Source of the DNA: a virus
Taxonomy: Duplodnaviria; Heunggongvirae; Uroviricota; Caudoviricetes
Strand: one strand, 5' to 3'
DNA length: 64,000 nt
IMG/VR virus record: IMGVR_UViG_3300042484_003148
Span: 67,284 to 131,283 of that record
Numbering within the stretch: position 1 is the stretch's first letter; each line of letters begins with the position of its first letter. This document shows positions 9,605 through 20,266 of this stretch, in pieces. The translations under genes were made by a program, and so were the position numbers. The notes beneath the pieces are model-generated. The model was not told the DNA's origin and searched no databases. It was given only the letters and a program-made list of their open reading frames with translations.

Positions 9605-10816
9605 CTAAACAGTTTCCAATAAAGAAGAAAACAAATTAAAACTGTTGCAGGTAATGTTGTTAGAAAACTTAATCATTGATGAGTTATTCTTGGTTGAATA
9701 GAATACTTTACCATACTTAGAAACAAGTTTATTAGTTTGTAAATCATCCAACATGTAACCATCATCATTAAAAGAGTATTCTTGAATTTTATCTTTTTCA
9801 ATAAGATTTAATTCTTTTAATCTTTTAATAATTTTAGAACCTTTAGATTTAGATTTAAAACCAACACATTTAGCAACACCTTCTCTACTTAAAGTAAAGA
9901 AAGGGTTTCTATTTGATTTAATAAATTCTTTTGAATCTTCAATTTTGTCTTTATTCACAAAGCCTGATAATAAATTATACACGGTTCGTTTGTCTTCATG
10001 TATATAAAAATCAAGATTCTTTTCAATGTCTTTACGAGCAATTGAATATCTTTTTTTATTATACGAAGTTATTCCCTTATATTTTTCGGTAATCTTATTA
10101 TCTAGTACCTTCTGAATTAATTTATCAACATACTTTTCTCTTTGCTGTTCAATACTATTATTGATACAGTAAGCGTATAATATGTTTTTAAACTTATCCT
10201 TTTCATGTTTTACATTTTTATCAAAAATTACATTATTATCCCAATATTTTATATTATGAAAATCTCTTACAAGATTTTGTTTATTATATTTATTTACAAT
10301 TAAATTTGGATTAACTAAAAAATTATTATCAAATATTAATTTATCTTGCATCGTACCAACATTAATAATGTTTTCATCAACAAGACCATCAAAATAATAT
10401 TCGTTATCTAAAACAACGTTGTCAGTGATAATTAAATTATCTTTTCTGATTCTTAATGTTTCAAACATAACCTTATCAGTATCTTTTCCGTTTTTATTAT
10501 TATAACCGAAAGAATCAATAAGATTATATTTTGAATTTAAAAATAAATTACCATTCTCTATCCTAACTAAACCTTTTTCTTTAAGAAGTTGAATCCTTCT
10601 TCTTATTGTAGCTTCTGAATAACCTGTCTTTCCACATAAAAACGCATATTTCTTCCTGTACCCTTTTATGGCACCACAATTTGTTAATGATTTAAGCTGA
10701 AGAAAGAATTCTACTATTGTAAACTGTTCTTTTTCAGACATTAAACCTAACAAAACTTTTGGAAACGATATGTAAGTCTTTTGTTTTTTGATAATTTCTT
10801 GGTAATTTATGTTCAA
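9605..10816 (-). CDS. tandem winged-helix DNA-binding protein (Rep-initiator-like)
   Basis: Two wHTH-like segments, GKTGYSEATIRRRIQLLKEKGLV and LSREGVAKCVGFKSKSKGSKIIKRLKELNLI; TTG start. Confidence 0.5.
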   Translation of the reverse strand: MNINYQEIIKKQKTYISFPKVLLGLMSEKEQFTIVEFFLQLKSLTNCGAIKGYRKKYAFLCGKTGYSEATIRRRIQLLKEKGLVRIENGNLFLNSKYNLIDSFGYNNKNGKDTDKVMFETLRIRKDNLIITDNVVLDNEYYFDGLVDENIINVGTMQDKLIFDNNFLVNPNLIVNKYNKQNLVRDFHNIKYWDNNVIFDKNVKHEKDKFKNILYAYCINNSIEQQREKYVDKLIQKVLDNKITEKYKGITSYNKKRYSIARKDIEKNLDFYIHEDKRTVYNLLSGFVNKDKIEDSKEFIKSNRNPFFTLSREGVAKCVGFKSKSKGSKIIKRLKELNLIEKDKIQEYSFNDDGYMLDDLQTNKLVSKYGKVFYSTKNNSSMIKFSNNITCNSFNLFSSLLETV

Positions 10817-10858
10817 ACTTAATAAAATTTATTGAATTATGCAAATAAAAGAAGAAAA

Positions 10859-11122
10859 TTAATCTTGTATCATTTCAAAAAAATTAATATCTAATTTATA
10901 TAAAAAATAATTATCACTACTACTTACTTCTAAATTATAATAATTTATTTTAGTATTATGTGAACCTTGATGTATTAAAAAATTATTTGGTAAATCTATT
11001 TTAACATCTAATTTAAAACTCACAGGCATGTATAAATATTTACCGTTACTGTAATACAGACATAAATCACTCAATTCAAAAACTTCATGTTTATCTAGTT
11101 GTTCATCTAAAATATAATTCAT
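10859..11122 (-). CDS. hypothetical protein
   Basis: 87-aa ORF. Confidence 0.45.
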   Translation of the reverse strand: MNYILDEQLDKHEVFELSDLCLYYSNGKYLYMPVSFKLDVKIDLPNNFLIHQGSHNTKINYYNLEVSSSDNYFLYKLDINFFEMIQD

Positions 11123-11234
11123 ATTCTATTTCTTTTAAATATATAGTTTATTATAAACTTTTATAATAACAAGCTTCCAAAATACCAATTAATTTAATTT
11201 TTAGGTTAATCTATTTATTAAAAATACAATTCAA

Positions 11235-14200
11235 GTGGTAAAGAAAGTTAAAGTTTTTGGTTCAGGTTCAGAAGTTGCTAACAGCAATATTTCTATATTC
11301 AATAGTTATCAAACTAATCCAAGTACGATAACAAACATAGGTTCCTTTTTAATTAATACAAATAATAGTTCAAGAGTTATTAATAATACAAAAAAATTAA
11401 CTAATTTCTCTTCTAACATAACTATTGATTCGTTAAAATTAAACCAAGACCAAATAACTTCTATTATTAACAAAACAACACATTATAGTTTCAATATTGA
11501 TAAGACAAATCTTTTAAGTTATGCTAAATATGGTAGTTTATTTGAAAGATTTAAAGCTGCGGTCAATAATATCATAACAACATTTCCTGGTTCTTTATAT
11601 GTTAATGGTTTAATTGATGATTTTACATCATACAATACTGTTAATAATTATGTTTATGATTCAACAACAAACATAGGGTCATTTAATGTTAATATGTTAT
11701 CTGTTAAGAATAAATTTAATTTAAACATAAACAATTCTTCTTTAAATAATGACCCAAGTAATCATGAATTAAAAAACTTACCTGTTTCATATTCTGACTA
11801 TGTTTTATTTGTTAATAATACAGAATATGATGTATTAGGTTTTACTGGTTTAACATCAACAAATAACACTACTTTATATTTTAAAGTTAAAGGTAACCCA
11901 TTTACAGGTTCTACATCAAGTTTATCGTATCACATTAAACCTAATCAAAACAAATATACGTTATTCTATAGTAACTTAGATTTCTTTGAACAGTATTTAC
12001 TTAATAAAGATATTACACCAATATACACAGTAAATTTTAGAATACCTATATTAGATGAAGATAATGATACAATAATTTATAACAATAAAACACTTACTTG
12101 GACCACAACTGATGGATACAATATAGATATTGATAATATTTCTTTTGAAAATTACTATAGTGATTTTATTGAAATTTGCAATATTTTTGATTTAGTTAAA
12201 TCTGATTTAATTAATAGAATGTTAATGACTCAATCTGTTATTATAACTGATAACAGCGAAAGTAATAAATCTGTTCAAATTAGTAGAATATTAGGTAGAG
12301 AGATTGATGAAATTAAAAGATATGTTGATGGTTTGCAATTTGTAAACACATTAAGTTATGATAAAATTGACAATACAAGTGATGTTTTAATAAAATCAAT
12401 GGCAAATACATTAGGATTCCAACATTTTAATTTTGTTGAATTAGACAATGTATTTGAATCAATGTTTACACCCTCAGTTGCTAATGTTACAGGTTCAACA
12501 AATAACGGAAAGACACCTTCTGAGTTAGATATTGAATTATGGCGAAATATTTTAATCAATACAAATTATTTATTTAAATCAAAAGGTACAAGAAAAGGTA
12601 TTGAAGGTATATTTTCTATTTTAGGTTTACCTGATGCTTTTATTGAAATAAATGAACATGTTTATACAGTTGATGGTGTTATCGACCCTAACAATGTTGA
12701 TTTAACAGTTATTTACCCGTTAAATGAAACATTAACTACATTACCATACGATAATAATGGTTACCCTGTTGCTGGTAATGAAATTGATAGTTATTGGTTC
12801 CAAATGAACGGTAATGAAGATAGAGGACAAGCTTACTTAGATGTTTATAGAAAATTAGGTTTTAATATTACAAAACAAATTGATAATAAAAAATCTTGGG
12901 TTTATAGTACAGGGCAAACCAGACATACTGATTCGTTTTCACCTACAGCTGTTGATTATTTAATTAATGAAAGTAAATTAGTACTTAATACTAAAGAAAT
13001 TTCTGTTTATTTAGACCCTATTCAAGCTATCGAAAATGATGTGTATAATTATAATAAAACATATAATTTTCCAATAAGTTCAACAGGTAGAACATATCCT
13101 TATCCTAATAGAAGTAATACATCTTTTAGTGTAACAGGTTTAACCTTTAACCAATATGTGTCTGAAAGTTATATTAATTTTATTAACGTACAAAATAGAA
13201 AAACAATAACATCAGCGAATGGTATCAACTATCCTTCATTATACAAATTATATGAAGATTATTTATTAGTTACAAATTCAAATAAATATACACTTGAAAA
13301 AATATACACATTTATTGATAAATTTCAAAATTTATATCAAAAATTAATAACCCAATTATTAAGTGCTACTGTAATTGTTGGTGAAGATGGTATTAAAATA
13401 AAAAATTTAATTTACACTGAACAAAAGTTTGATTACAAAAATGGTATAGATGTTGGTAGTGAATTTAAAAATGAACAACCTAAAGATTTAAATGCTGATT
13501 TAAATTCAGTTACAACTATTTCAGGTTTTTATACTAAACCTATAACAAACAATACTTATTTATTTCAATCTTATGGTAATGGTTCATATAACGGTTCAAA
13601 CAGTAGTAACGGTGTGATAAATTCAAACACTAATAATCTATCAGGTTTTATAAAACCACATCAACATTTTAGTTCATTTATTGTTGATTTAGATATACCT
13701 ACTTTAGATATAAGTGGTGCGACTAAAATAGGTTCAATAGGTACAAATAATAGTGTGTATTATTACGATAACTCAACCGGACATACATTACAATATACAG
13801 TTACTGATAATCTCCCAGTTTTACAAAATAGTGGAAATACTTTTAATTATGAAATATATAGTTTAGATAAAACTATAACAGGTTTTACTAATTTAGAAAT
13901 TGTAGTAAATACCGACTATAAATCTTTTACTGGTTCTAGTGTATTTACAGACACTCTAGAGAAGACTTTATTATCAGGTGATACTGAGTATATAATTAAA
14001 CCTTACTTTGAATATAGAACGAATTTATTAACTGGTGAAACAATAAACTTTAGTAGTGTGTTAGATTCATACAACTTAGATAGTATTTTAAAATACCCTT
14101 TACAAAAAGCTTATTATAATTACTACTTTGATAATAGTAAATATTATTCTTATACAGGTCAAACATATTCAACCAAATCAAATGGTGTTTATGATTTACC

Positions 14201-15173
14201 TTATTATAATTATAATAATGATAGTGATTGGTATTTTTTATCAGTTAAAAATCCAGATAAACCTGTTATATTAACAACTAGTACATCAGATACAACTCAA
14301 CAACCTTTAGGTAATTTATATACTGAAAATATAGTACCAGACAACACAGACACATTTGTTTTATCTTATCAACCAGCAGGTGATATCAAAGTTTCTGTTA
14401 ATGGTAGTACTTTACAAAAAAATACCGAATATAGTGGTGTAACATCATTACCAGCGGCTTTAGCTAATATTACATTTAAATTATTAGTTCCATTTAACAG
14501 TAGTACTGATTTATTAACTGTTACTTATGTTATTAATAGTGCTAAAAATAGTTTAATAACTGAAAATGAATTTGTTAATTATATGATTCCAACAGGCACA
14601 ACTAGAGGTTTAGATGGTAGAGTATTTTATGATACAACAAATAATTATTATAGTTACATAATGGATATAAACAGTTTTGATGGTACTAGTAATAATTTAT
14701 TAGTAACATATAATGGTAATACACTAACACCTAATCAAGATTATAGTTTATCTAACATTGTAAAAAACAAAATAAAACTTCATAATATATTAGTTGAAAG
14801 TGGTGATACTATAACAGTTAGTTATCCAACTCAAAACCAATCTATTATTTCAATGTCAAGTACATCTCAAGTAATAAATTGGGATACTAACAATGTAATT
14901 CCAATAAATGAAACAGGATATTTTAATCTAGAGTTATCAACTGATACTGTATTTAATACTATTACATGTGTTTCAAATAATATTAATTATGTAGTAGGGC
15001 AAAATGTATTTAGCGAAACAATTGACTTAACAATAGCACCTTACAATGTTTTAACATATAATACAACCTATTATGGAAGAATCAAAAGTACTAGGTTATA
15101 TTCAACAGTAAACGGTGACATTATACCTGTAACAATTTATAGTGATAAATTTACAATAAAAACAACTTCTTAA
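11235..15173 (+). CDS. large baseplate wedge/structural protein (P2 gpI / T4 gp7-like core)
   Basis: MANTLGF...ELWRNILINTNYLFKSKGTRKGIEGIF matches the gpI-like KGT motif; beta-rich C-terminal half; CTATTTATT motif at 11211. Confidence 0.7.
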   Translation: MVKKVKVFGSGSEVANSNISIFNSYQTNPSTITNIGSFLINTNNSSRVINNTKKLTNFSSNITIDSLKLNQDQITSIINKTTHYSFNIDKTNLLSYAKYGSLFERFKAAVNNIITTFPGSLYVNGLIDDFTSYNTVNNYVYDSTTNIGSFNVNMLSVKNKFNLNINNSSLNNDPSNHELKNLPVSYSDYVLFVNNTEYDVLGFTGLTSTNNTTLYFKVKGNPFTGSTSSLSYHIKPNQNKYTLFYSNLDFFEQYLLNKDITPIYTVNFRIPILDEDNDTIIYNNKTLTWTTTDGYNIDIDNISFENYYSDFIEICNIFDLVKSDLINRMLMTQSVIITDNSESNKSVQISRILGREIDEIKRYVDGLQFVNTLSYDKIDNTSDVLIKSMANTLGFQHFNFVELDNVFESMFTPSVANVTGSTNNGKTPSELDIELWRNILINTNYLFKSKGTRKGIEGIFSILGLPDAFIEINEHVYTVDGVIDPNNVDLTVIYPLNETLTTLPYDNNGYPVAGNEIDSYWFQMNGNEDRGQAYLDVYRKLGFNITKQIDNKKSWVYSTGQTRHTDSFSPTAVDYLINESKLVLNTKEISVYLDPIQAIENDVYNYNKTYNFPISSTGRTYPYPNRSNTSFSVTGLTFNQYVSESYINFINVQNRKTITSANGINYPSLYKLYEDYLLVTNSNKYTLEKIYTFIDKFQNLYQKLITQLLSATVIVGEDGIKIKNLIYTEQKFDYKNGIDVGSEFKNEQPKDLNADLNSVTTISGFYTKPITNNTYLFQSYGNGSYNGSNSSNGVINSNTNNLSGFIKPHQHFSSFIVDLDIPTLDISGATKIGSIGTNNSVYYYDNSTGHTLQYTVTDNLPVLQNSGNTFNYEIYSLDKTITGFTNLEIVVNTDYKSFTGSSVFTDTLEKTLLSGDTEYIIKPYFEYRTNLLTGETINFSSVLDSYNLDSILKYPLQKAYYNYYFDNSKYYSYTGQTYSTKSNGVYDLPYYNYNNDSDWYFLSVKNPDKPVILTTSTSDTTQQPLGNLYTENIVPDNTDTFVLSYQPAGDIKVSVNGSTLQKNTEYSGVTSLPAALANITFKLLVPFNSSTDLLTVTYVINSAKNSLITENEFVNYMIPTGTTRGLDGRVFYDTTNNYYSYIMDINSFDGTSNNLLVTYNGNTLTPNQDYSLSNIVKNKIKLHNILVESGDTITVSYPTQNQSIISMSSTSQVINWDTNNVIPINETGYFNLELSTDTVFNTITCVSNNINYVVGQNVFSETIDLTIAPYNVLTYNTTYYGRIKSTRLYSTVNGDIIPVTIYSDKFTIKTTS

Positions 15174-15242
15174 AAAATAAAAATAGATAAATATTTGGAT
15201 TAAAAAAAATTAATTATTAAGTTTGTTTAAAATATAAAACAA

Positions 15243-15368
15243 ATGATGTTATTAGGATTTATTTGTGGGATTCCACTAGCAATGTTAGCGTTTAAAATAG
15301 GTGAAAGTGATGGTAATGTAGTTTATCAAATTATAGAAGATGCTGCTAAAAGAAATGCTAAAAATTAA
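15243..15368 (+). CDS. small membrane peptide (41 aa)
   Basis: MMLLGFICGIPLAMLAFKIG...; own promoter at 15194-15225 and hairpin at 15375. Confidence 0.5.
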   Translation: MMLLGFICGIPLAMLAFKIGESDGNVVYQIIEDAAKRNAKN

Positions 15369-15481
15369 CAAACTAAACCTTACTTATTAATTTAAGTAAG
15401 GTTTTTTATTTTTTAAAATATATTTGTTATTTATTGTTTAAATACGTACTTTTGTATCTCACAATTTAAACAAAGTAATTA

Positions 15482-17746
15482 ATGTTAAAATCATTAAAAA
15501 TTACAGATAATTTCTTCTTAAATGAAAGAATTATCAAACAAAAAGACGAAACTGTAGTAGTTTCAAAACCTGTACCTGTAAACTTCATTGTTAATATTGA
15601 TGTTTCAGGTTCAATGAGTTGGGAATTAAATGAGATTCGCAAACAGCTTAAAAACAAATTACCTAACCTTATTAAAGAAGGTGATACAGTATCAATTATT
15701 TGGTTCTCAGGTAATAGAGATGCAGGTATTTTGAAAGAAGAAGTTGAAATTAAGTCTTTAACTAATTTAAAAGACCTAAATGATGCGATTGATAGATTCT
15801 TAAAACCTGTAGGTTTAACAGCATTCGCTAAACCTTTAGAATTAACTAAAGAAGTAATTAGTAGAATTAAGAAAAATAGACCTAACAGTATATTTTCTTT
15901 ATTATTCTTGACAGATGGTTATAATAATGATTGTTCTTGGTCAGACGTTACCAAACATTTATCAACTTTAACAACTGATTTAAGTTCATCTACATTTATT
16001 GAATACGGCTTGTATGCTGATTCAAAAAGATTAACTGAAATGGCTGAAGCTTTGGGTGGTGAAAAAATTTCAGCATCTAATTTTGAAGATTATGATGTTA
16101 TTTTTGCTGATAAAATTAGTAAAAACTTAACTTCAACTAAAAAAGTAACAATTGATATTGTAGATAATAAACATAATTTTGTTTTCTCTGTTTCAGATGA
16201 TAATGAAGTTTTAGTATATGGTGTTAATAATGGTCAAATCTTAATTAATGATAACATTGAGAAAATTTATTATTTCAGTGAACTAGCTTTATCTGATAAT
16301 GAACTAACTTTTACTTCAGAAACTAACAAAGACTTAGCTAAAGTACTTTATTCAGCTATCTATGTTTTATCTGATAGAACATTAAATAATGATGTAGAAT
16401 TAATCTATTCAGTACTTGGTGATAAATATACATTTGATTTGTTTAATAATTCTTTTGGTAAACAGAAGTTAAATCAATACAAACAATATATTAAAGACTG
16501 TGTTTCTGATGAAACAAAACGATTTGTTAAAGGTAGAATTGAAGATTTAGTTTTAGATGAAAATACATACTGTTTCTTAGATTTAATTAATGACTTATCT
16601 GCCGAAGGTAATTTATTTTATCCAAATCATGAGGATTTCAATTATAAACGTATCGGTGCGAAAAAAGTTTCATCAGCGAATAAAATATCTAAAGAATTAG
16701 CAGAAAAGATAGCTCAGTGTGATGATTTAAACCAACTCCAACTGTTAGTTCAAGAAGAATTAGATTCTATTCCAGGTGAACTTAAATTCATCAACAGTGA
16801 ACCAAACAAAGGTTATAAATTATCTGATTTGGTCTACAATGAAAGCAGATGTAACTTATCTGTTAGGGTTAAATTCGAGGGTTATGTAGATTTACCAACT
16901 AACCAATTTGGCATCCAAAGAATTAATACATTCATTTATAGAACATTTACTTTAGTAAAAGATGGCATTTTAAACATAACTAAATTACCTGTAACATTAA
17001 CTACTGAAACAGTAAGTAAAGTCGGTTTATTTGTTAATTTAAAAAATGTAACTGAAGATATTATTACTATTGATTTCAGTTCACTACCGATTATTAACCG
17101 TAGTATGGTTAAATCAATCTCAGCAACTGATTTAGCAAAACAAGAATGGTCTCTATTAAAACTTCAAGCTAATAAAAAGGTTTATGACCATTTTGATAAA
17201 ACATTATTTCCTAAAGTTTCAAAAGGATTTATTGACACTTACGGTAAAGAAGCTGAAGAATATTTAAAATCAATAGGTATCACAGATTTTAACGGCTTTG
17301 CACCTAAAACAACTAATGCTGAAAGTACAGATTTTTACATGTCAGTGTTATTAGAAACTAAAGTTGCAGGATACTCTAGTTTACCTAAAGTTACTGATGT
17401 GATTTCTAAGATTGAAAAAGGTGCAACTTTAAAACCAACAGAATTATTAATGGCTGACGCTGTAAACGATTATAATAACCAGATAACATCTGAATTATAT
17501 TTATCTCAAGACGTAGAAGTTCAAAAATCAATTCTTGAAAAATGGTTAAAGAAAGTTAAAACTGATTTTATAACTGAAAAAAGAAGAGTTATAAACGAAA
17601 TAGCTAAAATCAAGTTTGGTTTAATCTTATCTAAAGGTTGGTTCAAAGAATTCAGTTCATTTGATGAAAATACTTTAGAACTTGAACTAGATGATAAAAA
17701 AGTTAAATTTACCTTCGATTTAAAAGAAGAACAAGTAAATATCTAA
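15482..17746 (+). CDS. von Willebrand factor A (VWA) domain protein
   Basis: MIDAS motif DVSGSM, GLTAF and LFLTDG in the N-terminal ~200 aa. Confidence 0.85.
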   Translation: MLKSLKITDNFFLNERIIKQKDETVVVSKPVPVNFIVNIDVSGSMSWELNEIRKQLKNKLPNLIKEGDTVSIIWFSGNRDAGILKEEVEIKSLTNLKDLNDAIDRFLKPVGLTAFAKPLELTKEVISRIKKNRPNSIFSLLFLTDGYNNDCSWSDVTKHLSTLTTDLSSSTFIEYGLYADSKRLTEMAEALGGEKISASNFEDYDVIFADKISKNLTSTKKVTIDIVDNKHNFVFSVSDDNEVLVYGVNNGQILINDNIEKIYYFSELALSDNELTFTSETNKDLAKVLYSAIYVLSDRTLNNDVELIYSVLGDKYTFDLFNNSFGKQKLNQYKQYIKDCVSDETKRFVKGRIEDLVLDENTYCFLDLINDLSAEGNLFYPNHEDFNYKRIGAKKVSSANKISKELAEKIAQCDDLNQLQLLVQEELDSIPGELKFINSEPNKGYKLSDLVYNESRCNLSVRVKFEGYVDLPTNQFGIQRINTFIYRTFTLVKDGILNITKLPVTLTTETVSKVGLFVNLKNVTEDIITIDFSSLPIINRSMVKSISATDLAKQEWSLLKLQANKKVYDHFDKTLFPKVSKGFIDTYGKEAEEYLKSIGITDFNGFAPKTTNAESTDFYMSVLLETKVAGYSSLPKVTDVISKIEKGATLKPTELLMADAVNDYNNQITSELYLSQDVEVQKSILEKWLKKVKTDFITEKRRVINEIAKIKFGLILSKGWFKEFSSFDENTLELELDDKKVKFTFDLKEEQVNI

Positions 17747-17803
17747 ATTAAAATAAACCTCTCTTATTAAATTAGGAGAGGTTTTAATATAAATGATGTT
17801 ATT

Positions 17804-17980
17804 ATGAAATTAGACTTTATATTTAGAAATGAAAAAATTTGTTCAGATTTTTTTCGTTCAGTTCTTTTTAAACTAAACTATCCAAAAGTGACTTATACTT
17901 GTATTTATAGTTATTACAAATCTGATGAAATAACTGAAAATAATATGAAAAATAATCAAATTTATATATTTTCAAGATGA
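17804..17980 (+). CDS. micro-protein family member 1 (58 aa)
   Basis: MKLDFIFRNEKICSDF...NQIYIFSR*; ATGA-coupled to the next ORF. Confidence 0.55.
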   Translation: MKLDFIFRNEKICSDFFRSVLFKLNYPKVTYTCIYSYYKSDEITENNMKNNQIYIFSR

Positions 17981-18132
17981 AATTACAAATAGCTAATTCT
18001 GAACTAAAAATCGAAAGATTTCAACTAACCAAACAAGAATCTAGACAAACTTATTCTTACTTACATTTTAGTAAAGATATCAATCAAATGACTTTATTAA
18101 TTAATAATCACTTACATATATTTACAAGATGA
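17977..18132 (+). CDS. micro-protein family member 2 (51 aa)
   Basis: MKLQIANSELKI...NHLHIFTR*; ATGA overlaps on both sides. Confidence 0.55.
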   Translation: MKLQIANSELKIERFQLTKQESRQTYSYLHFSKDINQMTLLINNHLHIFTR

Positions 18133-18284
18133 GATTAAGAATACATCTCAGCGAACAACCTATTTGTTCAGACATTTATAAATCAGAAATTTCTGGGAAT
18201 TTTTGCATATTAACTAAACATAAAATTAGTGGTAGTGAAATCATCAACTTTATTATCATTGGAAATTTACACACATTCAACTGA
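18129..18284 (+). CDS. micro-protein family member 3 (51 aa)
   Basis: MRLRIHLSEQPICSDI...GNLHTFN*. Confidence 0.55.
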   Translation: MRLRIHLSEQPICSDIYKSEISGNFCILTKHKISGSEIINFIIIGNLHTFN

Positions 18285-18286
18285 TT

Positions 18287-19846
18287 CTAAAAACCACCTA
18301 ATCCTTGTAAGATAGCTAGATAACTTCTAGCTTTTTCTTTTATCATCGAAATAATAATTGGAGTTAACTTCTTTTTAATTATTTTAGTTAAGTAGTTATA
18401 TATCAATTCAGTAACTTTCTTTTTCAAAGTTTTAATAATACAAAGTAAAACAAAACTATTTTGTTTCATTATATCTTGAAAGTTTGTAGGTTGTGTTGAA
18501 ACTGATACACCTTTTATATACGAATCAAGTATATTATTAATCATTAAATATTGTGGTGATGTAATTGCATTTTTTATAATAATAAAACTTAAAGCTTTAA
18601 TAATATCGTTATTTAGTTTATTATCTACCCCTTGTTTATTACCTGTACTTGACTGTAAAGATTGGTCCTTCTTTAAGAACTTTTCCATTTTAGATTTTGT
18701 TGCATCAACAGTATATTTAACATTCAAATCATTTGAAACAATATTACCATTAACTCTACTATTCAAAGACAATAAAGGGTCCTGAGAATTTAAAATATCA
18801 GAAACATCTTTATCAGTTAAAAACACATTAAGTTCAGTACAATCAAAATCAAAAGAAGTACCATAAGTTTTTTTATCAATTGAATTTTGCAAATTAGACA
18901 TATCCTGAGTAGACAATGTAAAAACTGTATCATTAACATCATCTGAATTAATAATATTAGTTAATTGCTTATTAAATGTTTCTTTAGCTAATATTTTATT
19001 ACTACTCTCATTCCCTATATTATACAAAGAACCAAACAATAAGTTTATTATCTCAGAATAAATAATATTACCATCTATAAAATCAGTACCATCAATTATT
19101 TTATTAACTAATTCAAATTTAGTAATTGTATTAGATGTTGATTTTAAACTTATCTTACCGGTAGCATCAAAAGTGTAACTATACAAACTATCTGAATATG
19201 TGTTTTTATCCAAAACATTAGATAAACCATTATAAATTTGACCACCTATTTTTAAATTATAATTATGTACAATATTAGTTGAACCTCTAACTTTCAAATT
19301 ACCAAAAGGGTCAATCTGCTGCATCGTCATTGATATATCTTGTGGTTTGTTCGTTAAATTAATAGCACCAAGTGATTGTTGTGTATTTACTGATATGTTA
19401 GTATTAACACCTAAATTACCTGTTGAGTTATTTAAATTAGATACCTGACTATTAACACTACTGGTAACATTTGACGTTGCAATACTAACTGCACTAGATA
19501 AATTAGACTGACTTGAACTTATTTGAGAACCTACTTGACTAGAAACATCACCAATAGCACCCAAAACCGAAGCCTGTGATTTTAACAGTTGTTTAATTAA
19601 ATTATTAAATTCAAGTGTTGATGTAGTAATTATTTTTTTAACCAATAATTGAACTTCATTTACAGATGTCAATGTGGTTAATAATTGTATTAAAAAGGGT
19701 ATTATATCTTTTGTATTTGTATCATTTGGTAAATTAAACCTATTTAACAAATCATCTAATTTATTTATTGTTGATAAACTATCACTCAATGAGTTGATAG
19801 ATGTAACTGAATCAAAAATAGCTTTTTTATCACTTGTGATAGACAT
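18287..19846 (-). CDS. probable virion structural protein with S/N-rich insertion
   Basis: 519 aa; CTATTTATT motif at 19861-19869. Confidence 0.45.
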   Translation of the reverse strand: MSITSDKKAIFDSVTSINSLSDSLSTINKLDDLLNRFNLPNDTNTKDIIPFLIQLLTTLTSVNEVQLLVKKIITTSTLEFNNLIKQLLKSQASVLGAIGDVSSQVGSQISSSQSNLSSAVSIATSNVTSSVNSQVSNLNNSTGNLGVNTNISVNTQQSLGAINLTNKPQDISMTMQQIDPFGNLKVRGSTNIVHNYNLKIGGQIYNGLSNVLDKNTYSDSLYSYTFDATGKISLKSTSNTITKFELVNKIIDGTDFIDGNIIYSEIINLLFGSLYNIGNESSNKILAKETFNKQLTNIINSDDVNDTVFTLSTQDMSNLQNSIDKKTYGTSFDFDCTELNVFLTDKDVSDILNSQDPLLSLNSRVNGNIVSNDLNVKYTVDATKSKMEKFLKKDQSLQSSTGNKQGVDNKLNNDIIKALSFIIIKNAITSPQYLMINNILDSYIKGVSVSTQPTNFQDIMKQNSFVLLCIIKTLKKKVTELIYNYLTKIIKKKLTPIIISMIKEKARSYLAILQGLGGF

Positions 19847-19955
19847 AATACTGTGTTTTTAATAAATAGGGTTATAAATATTTTAAAAATAAATAAAATA
19901 ATGTTTGGTTTTAATAAATTAATTTGTATATTGCAACTACTAAACAGAAATTTTT

Positions 19956-20234
19956 ATGTTCATTGATTTTAAACAACTAGCTACTAAATGTGGTGAATAT
20001 TGCGAACTAGACCCAACTGGAAATGTTGCTGAAACACTAAATGAATGTGTTCAATATCTTTTATTAAGTTCTGAATCCGAATTTAACGATGAAACATTAG
20101 ATGATGATGAATTACCTTTAAATACAGTTTTTATTAAAAATACACTTATCAGAGAAAAAGTATTGGTTTTTGGTAATAACACACCTGTTTCACCTGTTAA
20201 TAAAAAAGCTCCAACCGCTAAGAAGAAAGCTTAA
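19956..20234 (+). CDS. hypothetical protein
   Basis: 92 aa, basic C-terminus, host-type promoter upstream. Confidence 0.55.
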   Translation: MFIDFKQLATKCGEYCELDPTGNVAETLNECVQYLLLSSESEFNDETLDDDELPLNTVFIKNTLIREKVLVFGNNTPVSPVNKKAPTAKKKA

Positions 20235-20266
20235 AAACTAATTTTTTTAATTTAGATTTAACCATA

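Noticed and set aside
7005-15173. Bacterial T6SS/eCIS locus or eukaryotic giant virus
   Set aside because: Neck, baseplate and fibre genes co-occur with a phage helicase, RecA, sigma factor, holin-like gene and bacterial-type promoters, indicating a tailed jumbo phage.
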